A stretch of 64,000 nucleotides of DNA, taken from NCBI GenBank assembly GCA_950097015.1, contig CATNEN010000029.1, positions 310,001 to 374,000 of the forward strand. The letters run 5' to 3'. Below, one piece after another: positions 1 through 9,681 of the stretch (position 1 is the first letter of the stretch; each line of letters begins with the position of its first letter). Made by a program: the position numbers and the translations under genes. The DNA is from Macrostomum hystrix. Taxonomy: Eukaryota; Animalia; Platyhelminthes. The notes beneath the pieces are model-generated. The model worked only from the letters and a program-made list of their open reading frames with translations, did not search any database and was not told the origin of the DNA.

Positions 1-550
1 GACCTGAGTAAACATTTCCTTGAGAACAGTCGAAAATATGAGCCCGGATGAGTTCGACTGAGCAAATGTGAAAACTCTGAACTCAGTAGCTCAGCACGCA
101 ACACATGCCATTTTTATCCTCTTTAAAGGTTTGCAAGAAGACACACCTTAGAGGTTCGGTGGTTTGTGCAACTCACACCAACCAGGGCCAACCTGGCTGC
201 AAATTTTATATTATATTATGGATAGTTGTCTGTGAGTATTTTTCTGTTCGTAATGTTCGCCGTGCGCCTGGATAATGTGAATCTGAAATTAGTCCACAAA
301 ATTACTCTAAAGCTGAAATAAAAAAATAAGGGACATTGCTGAAACTCAATTTGCTTTCTAGGCTGCTCAGTGGACACAACCAGTATACATACTCGTAGAT
401 GAGCATGCTCACAGGAGAGCTATATTATCAGCGCATCTGTAACATTCCTACATTAGAGTACATAAGACTACAAGCAATACGACTGCATTTCAATCATCAG
501 TTTATGAATAGAAAAAACTCTGTGCACTTTACACATACTCAACGTGCTCA

Positions 551-2429
551 TCATAGTACCGGGGGTACCTCAGCCACTGGTTTCTGCCTCGACTGTCCAG
601 ACCTAGTGCCGCCTCCGGTGGCCCGCAGCCTCAGTGGCAGCTGGCTTCGGCGACGCAGCCGGAGCCGGAGGAGACGCCTGCAGACGGTCTGGCGGAATGA
701 GCGCAGCGCGAAGCAGTAGAGCACAAAGTTCAGACTGAAGCCCAGGCACTGCATGCAGTTGGTGACGGCCTCCACAGATTTGTAGTCGGCGTTGGACTCC
801 AGACTCTCAGCCTGTTCTCCAGATTGGCCGGCGCGAAGTAGCGAGTAGAGCTTCAAGGTCTCGCTGGGCGCCACCAGGACTAAGAAGGTGATAACTATGC
901 ACACCAGCGTGATGGTTATAGTCACTCCAGGGTGACTGTCCGCTACGAAAGGGTGAGTACAGGTGAGTAAGTCAGGCATATTATTTGCAGAAGGACTATG
1001 GGCACTGAAATTTAGTGGCATTAGACCCACAGCCAGAGATAGGCAATTCTGCATTCCGCTGACTCCTCAGCGAATATGACGTGCGCAGTCATATCCTCTC
1101 TTCCCAAACCCACTCTCCAGCCCCACCGCCAAACGCATGGCGGCTGTCACCGAGCTGCAGAATTTCCGCTTTGCGGTTTTGCAGTCAATTTATCGATCGG
1201 CTGTCTATTAGGGAAACCCTTCTTGCAACTCGGCGGCCCCTGCGAAAATGAGTTGACAAAAATTCAACTCGCGAAGCAGAAATGCAATGCTCCGCACCGA
1301 TCGCAGGTGTCGAGCGCAGTTCTGTGGCCGCCTAAGCTTTAACAGGCGTGCCAAGCGAGTAAACCTCGCTGTACAAGTCTGCATCTCAGATTTATTTTTG
1401 ACGGGACTGGAAAGTGAACGTAAACCCCGTTTTAAGACACCCATTGAATGCGAAAGACAGCTTGTTAGCTTGTGATAAGTCCGACGATGAATGAGGCAAG
1501 GCCTCATTAACCCCCAATTAATGAAAGGGAGTATACAGTCTGGCGATAAAGAAGAAATCTGGTTTCTCAGGCGATCAGAATTGCCCCCACAATGGTTTTG
1601 GATCGACAAGTCACCAAGCGCCCGGTTCCTCATCCTTGCCTGCGGGGCTAGTCGAACTGCTGCCGCGGAATCGGTTGCTTCCGCCGCCGCCGCCCCTGTT
1701 GTTGGTGAGCCGGCGCCGATTTGCAATGGCTCGGCGAACGCTGAGCAGCAGGCGGGCGTTGCAGTACACCAGCACAATTAGCGGCAACACGTTCCCGGCT
1801 AGGGCCCACATCACCCGATAGGCTGTGTCCACCTTTGGGCTGACAATTGCCACGGCCTCGGTGGCGTAGAGCAGCTGCCATTCGGTCCCGGAGTCGCCCA
1901 GGCGGGCTAGGCAGCGTCGAGAGTGCGACGCCCTCAGCATCGGCAAGTTGAACACCGCGGCGAAGACAAAGGCGCCTGTGATGGCCATCCGGCCGCGCCG
2001 GCCGTCCACGGGGCCTCGACCGGATCGAGCCTGCAGTGGTTGGCAGACGGCCAGGCAGCGTTGAACTGCCAGCGCCACAGTGAGCAGCGTGGATGACATT
2101 ATGAAGGTGCTGATGACAGCCGGCGCGGCCAAGTGATAGTAGTACCCGAACCCGCGACTAGCCGACAGCCGGCCGACCAGTCCAGTGGGCAGAACGCACA
2201 GGCTGAACAGGAGGTCGCTGACGGCCAGGGCCACCAGGCCCAGCTTGGCGCTGCGGGAGCCCAGCGAGTTGCGCATGGCAGGGTCGGTCAGGCCCAGGAG
2301 GCTCAGCGCGTTGCCAATGATGCCAAGCAGCGAGAGGGGCAGCGTCAGGCGCTCGCTGGCTGCCACCAGGTTCGATGAGGTGCCAGCCTGCCAGGACAGG
2401 CACAGGCCCACCGCAGTGGTGTTGTTCAT
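551..2429 (-). CDS. Class A peptide GPCR, FMRFamide-receptor-like; 2 coding exons (about 2429-1615 and about 933-551)
   Basis: ORF 1611..2429 gives TM1-TM5 (GIIGNALSLLGL, LAVSDLLF, ALAVQRCLAVCQP, FNLP, GNVLPLIVLVYCNARLL). ORF 551..1054 gives TM6-TM7 (HPGVTITITLVCIVITFLVLVAPSE, SLNFVLYC). The NFxLY TM7 and LVxPxE TM6 are typical of FMRFamide-R-like receptors. The junction (donor GT at 1614, acceptor AG near 934) is approximate. Confidence 0.88.
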
Positions 2430-5400
2430 GTTTTTCTTTACTCAGTTGGCCTGCTGACAATCAGAAAACTCGTTGTGGCAGACTACGCTATCAGAGCAGG
2501 TATATAATCAGCGCCCAAGCCAATCAGAGCGGAACGCTAACACTGGAATCGGCTGTTCAATCACTTGAAAGAGAAAACTTGGGCAATCGTTGATATTGAA
2601 AGACAATTGCTGGACAGCTTCCGTGTTGCACAAAGGCGCTGTGTGTCTGGTATTTTTTTATTTTCTCGCTTATGACACACCTCGCGGACAGGGTTTGCCT
2701 TTCATCCTCTCAGTTTGCACAGAGGATATGTCCGCTTTAGAATGGCATTTTGTAGTACAGAGTCAACCAAACCTCCCATAGGTGGGACATTGTTTTATTA
2801 GGTATTTTGCGGAGTCCAACTCTGCGAAACCCGAGCGACTCAAAGCGAGTCTTTTGGGAATTTCCGGTGTTGGATTTCTATCAGCTTGCGACTGCGCCAT
2901 ACTCGTGGCTAGCACTGCTGACAAATGTTTGCAACGTTGGCAAAATAATAATTTGTAGCATATACCTGCTTTCATAGGTAAAAACTCGGCAGTGATTAAG
3001 TACCCCCAAACCAGAAATAAAAGCTGAGGCTTGCGAATGACTGCTATTTTAATAATCCGAATCGAACGAATCTAAATAAACAAGTATCTAACTTATACGA
3101 ATATCTCGGCATTTATCACTGGAACCAATAAAAGCATTGCAAACTACCAAAGAAATTTTATGTTCCGGGTGTGAAGTTGCATCGTCAGCTGACCCAGTTC
3201 ATCGTAAATTCCCATATCGCTTACTCGTAGTTTTAAAAAAATCTTTTGATTATATAGCTTAGTTGGTAGTCAAGCAAATTGAAATTACTTGTACATGCAC
3301 TATGAGAGGCTGTGGGTACTTTATACCTGGCGGACGTAATTACCTGCGCAAAAATGCACATTTTTATCGTTGCGAGGTCGTCAGCGAGGCATCGAGAGGC
3401 GATGAATCAACTTGCCTATATGGAGCTTCGGAGGAAGCAGCTAGATGTTGTGTTTAGTAGAAACAGTGCAGCATTCTTGTAGTCTTAAGCGCGGAAAACT
3501 AAAGCCAATTTATGCCTGTAGAAAACATAATTTAAAAGCGTGTGTTCCATACTACTGTACAAGCCGTCAGACATCGACTTTTGCACCATATACTTTTTTT
3601 GCCGTTGTGTCCTAACTTAAAATAGCAACAATAAAAACTAACGAAAGATTAAGGCTGTTAGGTTGTGCCAATTAAAAAACGAAACATAGAGAATTCTATG
3701 TTCCAGGACTCGAAGCCTCGAATCCACATGCAGCTGTATGCATATCAACCCACACAGTCCATATGGAGAATTCAGGGGAATGATCACTTATAAATTTAGT
3801 AGCAACATGCCATAAATTCGAAGAAGTAAAGCATAAAATTAACTAGTATAGAGTCTCGTAAGCTAATATTTGTTGTTGACTTTTACAATTGCTGTAATGC
3901 ATGAGAGGTGTTTCGCCCACTTTTAAAACAATACATATGTTTAATATGCATGATTCATATAAAGCTGTTCAGCATCTTGAATACACCAGTCACGAATCCC
4001 TCATAAAAAGGAATTCATGTCTGTTTTCATTTTATGCCTTCCAAAGTGCCAATAAGTTTGTGCTGTTAGAGCTAGTGATGTGTGCAAAAACGGTTATAAG
4101 CAACTACAAATTGCGTATTACTCGTATAAAGCCGTTGCAGAAATTCGTTCAATTAACGTACGGCGTTTTTATCCTGCGGTTAGTTACTTAATTGTCGCTA
4201 GTTAAATTATTAATGTATATTATATTTTACTTTTCAAGTACCACTAGTAGTTAGCAGTTAGTCTACTTTAGTTGCCCATCACGGTTGTAACGTTTTTCTA
4301 GCACGCCAAAGTAAGAGTTAAACAAAACTAGCATATTTATACATAATATTTTGATGCTGAAAGCAAAAACTAAAAGAAAACGTGTAGCAAAGGATTTAAT
4401 ATTTCTAAAAATATTCAATACATTAAGACAGTAGAATCGTAACTAACGGAGAGACTGCGAACACATTTGATTATAATTCTAAACTATTTTTGTTAGTTTG
4501 GAACCTGCCAACCTTGCTTGCTGACAGTCAGATGTTCAAATTTTGTGTGTTCTAATCAAGATGTTTATTTGTGGATGCCGATCTAAAGATATCTATTTAT
4601 TTTAATTTAATTTTGAATCATAATTTCGCTTGTCACTTACAATGCCATTGTTGTTTTGCTATGTTATTAGATCATTGAAAAAAGTATGACTATGTAAATA
4701 TTTTCTTTAAACGATTCTTCACAACTACTGAATTACTTAACGCTTGGGATTATAGAGTAATGCAAATGAACTGTTTAGACAATTACTGTTCCTTAACTTT
4801 TTAAGTATGTGCTATTCAAAAAGATGTTTTTTAACTGTTGTCCTTATTTTTAACTTCAATATGCTTGAATACATGGTTGATTTTTGTACAATACAGTTGT
4901 AATTTGTTGCACATTTTTAAGGAAACTATAATTTTTTTTATCAAACTTACTAACTCCTAGCCCAATAATCAACAAATGGTCGTCTATTATTACATTTAAA
5001 ACCAAGTAAATCTGGGATCCAGTAATATTTTTCACATGGATTAGCAAAGCTACCAAAATTCGTTTTTTCTTGCACAGTACTCCGAAGGATTTTCTATTTC
5101 ATTAGTTTTATTCTTATTTTAAACTGCTGAAGATAAGTAGAACCGAAATGTTATGATAGTAGCAATGATAATAATAGTAATAATAAGCAAAAAGGGGTAG
5201 GAAATTAAATCATGACTATGAACAGTATGACTATAACTGTTGCTATCGTTATCGTGCACAACTATTGCTTCGCACCCCTAAAATTGATATTCGTAAAGAG
5301 CCTACGGTATCAGGTATGCAGTAGTATCTGCACAGCCTGAAATATATGTAATGTCTACTAGAAGTATTTTCTATTAATCTTTTATTATCTTCTAGTAGTT

Positions 5401-5475
5401 GATGATCTTCTATTAATCAACTACTTTTACTACTACTACTAAATTAGCAATAACCACAATGTCCTTGCAGCAAGA

Positions 5476-7634
5476 ATGACCGATGCAAAAGAATATATTT
5501 CGAAGCGTGAGATACCGCAGCTATTCGAGGTAGTTTGACTGAAAATCTCTGTAGTCTGTCATTTATGAACTCATTTGAATCACTGCAGCCTCAGTCCTTA
5601 CACCATGCAGTGCCTGATGACGGCGCTGATGTACCACCGGCCAGCTGACCACCTCAGCTTCATCCAAGAGTGCGTCGAGCGGGTCAAAGTGCACGGCATC
5701 TCCAACGTCCGCTGGGACATGTTCCTGCAGGACGAGGCCGGTGGTCGAGGCGGCCGTCAACTGCCTCCCGTCACGCCACCGGCATCGAGTCGAGCCTCCA
5801 GTCGAGGTGAGAAATAATTAACTAACGATTTTAACTGATCGCGCTAATCCATTCCATTGCTTCGGTCCACTAACTCAGCTGGCTCCAGGGCCGAGTTTGT
5901 CGACAAGGCCCGGCCGCCGCTGCCGCCGATTGGCACCGTTACAGCCGCTGAAGTTGCGGATGACCAACCAACAGCTTCGAAGAGCGCTGAAACTTCCAAG
6001 ACGATGACGGAACAGTCGCAGCAGCAGCAAGGCACTACGGAGAAGCCAAAGCTGCGCGTCCCCCTGACCTACCCGTTAGTCCTGGTGATCGGCGGGCCCG
6101 GCAGCGGGCGGCGTCGGGTTTGTCGCGAGCTGGCTCGGCGCTACAACTTCCAGTCCATCTGCTACGGCCAACTGGCGCGTGGCGGAGCGCCGCCTGACGA
6201 GTTGTCGGACTCGGCTGGGTTCGCCCTCCTGACTGACGCGCTACTGGCACTGCCTGCCGACTGCCGGGGTGTCTTCGTTGAAGGATTTCCGTGCAACCCG
6301 GAACAGCTTGGAGAGTTCCTGCTGCAGGTGACTGACTGACTGACTGACTGACTGACTGAATGACTGATTGACTGACTGACTGACTGACTGACTGACTGAC
6401 TGACTGACTGACTGACTGACTGACTGACTCCCTCCATCCTCAGGTGCAACGCATTGACTGCGCGCTGCTGCTGGACTTTCACGAGGCGACTCTGCGGAAG
6501 CGCCTCGGAAATCGAAGCCGGCCAGCCGAGCAGATCGACGCCCTGTTGGAGCAGTTCAGGTCGGCCACCCTCCCGGTTTGCCGTTACCTTGACGACGAAA
6601 ACAAGCTGCTGTTGCTGCCGATCGACGCCGAGCCGGCTAGCGGAGGCTTAAGCGACGACATCACGACGTTGGCAACGGACGCGGTGGCCCTGCTCGAACA
6701 GGTGCTCGGAGCGCCGGAAAACGAGCCGAAGTCGTCGAAAGCGTCTCCCGCTGCTCCGGAGGCGCCGCCGGCCGTTGGGCCGCAGCTGTTCATCCGGACG
6801 CTGGACTTCGACATCGAGTCGGCTTCAGCATCGGCGGAGCGGGACGCGGACCTGCCCGCCTGCCCCATCCTGATGCTGTTCGGCGGGCCTGGCAGTCGCC
6901 GCTCCGTTCTCGCCCGACAGCTTGTCGCTGCCTTCGACGGCTTCGTGTTAGTCGACGCGCGCGATGCTCTAGGCGTGGCGGGCGAGGCCGACAGTCGGCC
7001 AGACGGTCCAATTGAAGCGGAGGCGCTTTGCCGCCTGCTTCGCTCGCCGGCTTTGAAAGCCGCCCGCTGCGTCCTGCTCGAAGGCTATCCGACCTGCGAA
7101 GCCGACCTGCGCGAAGCCTTCGCGCGGCTCGGCCGGCCAGACCTCGCCGTCCTGGTCGACTGCGGCGAGGCCGACATGCTGAGCAGGCTGACGGCGCTGC
7201 CCCGTGAGGCGGTGGCGGCCAGGATGCACTACTTCAAGGAGGAGACGCTGCCTGTTGTTCGCAGCCTGGACAGCGTTGGAAAGCTCAGCGTGGTAAGCGT
7301 CTGTTGCTGCTGTTGATGCTCCTGACTGACTTACAGATGGCAGCTCAAATTTTAAATTTTAAATTATTTCAGAAATAATTAGCGAAATAATTATTCTTCA
7401 TCCCCATGTGCATCAGCATCAGCTGGGGTAGACATTGAGTGGCATCTGCGCTCCCCTCCGGTCCATGGACTGAACAGCTGTAAACCTCTGGCCCAAGTAA
7501 ATTATCTTCTCAGCTCACCCCGCAATTAACTCATTCAGATTGACGGCGACAGGGATGAAGACAGTGTCCTGGGCGACTTGAGGGCTCTGGTGAACTTCGT
7601 CATTTTCAACCACACTGGTCAACAGGGCCCCTGA
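5476..7634 (+). CDS. AK5: Adenylate kinase 5-like protein: N-terminal Dpy-30/RIIa-type docking domain plus two AK-fold domains; exons 5476-5529, 5611-5806, 5879-6327, 6444-7292, 7539-7634
   Basis: The spliced N-terminus MTDAKEYISKREIPQLFECLMTALMYHRPADHLSFIQECVERVK...VRWDMF matches the AK5 N-terminus as I recall it (DAKEYLARREIPQLFESLL...VKWDTF). Two P-loop-like motifs (GGPGSGRR, GGPGSRRS). All introns are GT-AG and phases are consistent through to stop TGA at 7632-7634. Confidence 0.88.
6329..6429 (+). repeat. (GACT)n microsatellite filling AK5 intron 3, starting at the splice donor
   Basis: Direct reading: caggtgactgactgact... to 6429. Confidence 0.97.
7415..7497 (+). mobile_element. Partial, diverged internal fragment of the CORE-like SINE family, in an AK5 intron
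   Basis: cagcatcagctgggg...gtccatggactgaacagctgta matches the 3' half of the copies at 61001 and 62513. Confidence 0.7.
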
Positions 7635-7643
7635 TTTGTGAGG

Positions 7644-7968
7644 GTGAGTCATGAGCCATTGTGCCTCCTGATTCGTGAGTCATGAACCATTGTGCCTCCT
7701 GGTTTGTGAGTCATGAACCATTGTGCCTCCTAATTCGTGAGTCATGAGCCATTGTGCCTCCTAATTCGTGAGTCATGAACCATTGTGCCTCCTAATTCGT
7801 GAGTCATGAGCCATTGTGCCTCCTGATTCGTGAGTCATGAACCATTGTGCCTCCTGGTTTGTGAGTCATGAGCCATTGTGCCTCCTGATTCGTGAGTCAT
7901 GAACCATTGTGCCTCCTGATTCGTGAGTCATGAACCATTGTGCCTCCTGGTTTGTGAGTCATGAACGA
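7644..7968 (+). repeat. 31-bp minisatellite (GTGAGTCATGAACCATTGTGCCTCCTGATTC), about 10.5 copies, inside a predicted 3'UTR intron 7644-8019
   Basis: Period 31 (GTGAGT at 7644, 7675, 7706...). Strong acceptor ttttttttctcgcag ends at 8019. Confidence 0.9.
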
Positions 7969-8392
7969 TTAAACTTTATACGAGCTATAATATTAAGTAT
8001 ATAATTTTTTTTCTCGCAGACTCAGCCATCTAAAAGTTGCAACAATGGCTACTGGAAGTACGCAGTACCTCGTTAAGTGAAGGAACGAACTACAAGCCAT
8101 GACAACCCGACAGCAGACAACTTATTCCGAACCATTGCCTAAATTTTTATTTTCTTGTTGTCAAAGCAGAGAAAATATTTGATCAATTTAGCTTTCCATG
8201 TCTATTTTTGTACTTTTTTACTGAGGATGTCAAGATTCAGATATATACTTGTATTTTGATCCTATTTATCAGTGAATTAGCGAATTTTCTTGATTCAGCG
8301 CCTAGCTTTTACTTGATTATTTTTGTTTTGTTTTATGAGTATCTAAGTTTAAATTAGTTGCTGCTGGCTCGTCTGGCTTTAACAGGCCAATA

Positions 8393-8500
8393 TCTGGCCA
8401 AATATCTAACAAGTTCGATCTGGCCAAATATCTAACAGGTTCGATCTGGCCAAATATCTAACAAGTTCGATCTGGCCAAATATCTAACAGGTTCGATCTG
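8393..8500 (+). repeat. 26-bp tandem repeat (TCTGGCCAAATATCTAACAAGTTCGA) x4
   Basis: Direct reading; period 26. Confidence 0.93.
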
Positions 8501-8841
8501 GAAACATATGCAGTTAAGAGGAGCTCTTTAATTTTTCGTGTTACATTTTAAGAGGCGCTGTTGGCATCAAACTCGCACAGTTGTGCCTCGAGCGTGCGCC
8601 TTATTTATATCACTGATTCTTGCATTATCCAATTCAAGCTGTGATTTTCTTGCAGATGCTTCTAATCTAATGACAGATATAAAATATTTTAGTCTGTACA
8701 CCTGTTCTCGCAACCCTTTCTTGCGTGTTTCGATACTGATTTTATTGAAAATATAATAAAACAGTAACGATGATTTAGTTTTCCCATTACTATATTGTTG
8801 ACAGATTGACAGCTCTCTTAGCCGTATAGGCACTACAGTAA

Positions 8842-9112
8842 ATGGAGTGGATTGCTAATCTATTCCATGATTGAAGGAATGGAGTGGATTGCTAATCTAT
8901 TCCATGATTGAAGGAATGGACTGGATTGCTAATCTATTCCATGATTGAAGGAATGTAGTGGATTGCTAATCTATTCCATGATTGAAGGAATGTAGTGGAT
9001 TGCTAATCTATTCCATGATTGAAGGAATGGAGTGGATTGCTAATCTATTCCATGATTGAAGGAATGGAGTGGATTGCTAATCTATTCCATGATTGAAGGA
9101 ATGGAGTGGATT
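8842..9112 (+). repeat. 37-bp tandem repeat x7, each unit an imperfect palindrome
   Basis: Unit ATGGAGTGGATTGCTAATCTATTCCATGATTGAAGGA at 8842, 8879... Confidence 0.95.
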
Positions 9113-9681
9113 GAAAGCAATAAATACATAATCAATAATAAATGCACAATTAAACTAAATTCCCATGTAATTAATTCATTTGTTCGACTTAAAGCGTCAT
9201 GTGCACAAAATATCCAGAAAGCTTATGTTTTTGTGACACGTATGAAGTATATTTGCTTTAAAGACATTAACTAAGTGAAGCCGAGAGAAAACACCGAAGC
9301 ATCATATTCAAACAAATATTTGAACACTGCAAATAAACAACAACAAAAATTTTTGCTTTGTGTACACAAATTCTAATTGAAAAGTAAAGCTGTACTTTTG
9401 AATTAATATAGTTCAAGCTAAGCTTTTAGAGCTAAAAAATTCATTACAACATTGCGAGATATAAATCATCTCAACAAATAGATTTTAATAATTGCCAGCG
9501 TGCATACCTGCCACTGCAAATGACTAATAGAGCAAGCAGAATAAGGGATTGTGACACCAGGGGTAAGCTTAAGACGAATAACTCTTTTAAACAAGGTAGA
9601 TTGTTGTTAATATAATCAATTTGTGACGAAACTGTGATTCACTACTGTTGACCATTCTGCACCTGATGGATCATGACCTTC

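Noticed and set aside
1076-1777. Separate genes from ORFs 1076..1342, 1208..1777, 1287..1475
   Set aside because: They lie in the GPCR intron or in alternative frames of its exon and have no recognisable motifs.
8842-9112. CRISPR array (palindromic 37-bp repeats)
   Set aside because: No unique spacers, no cas genes, and a eukaryotic intron-containing context.
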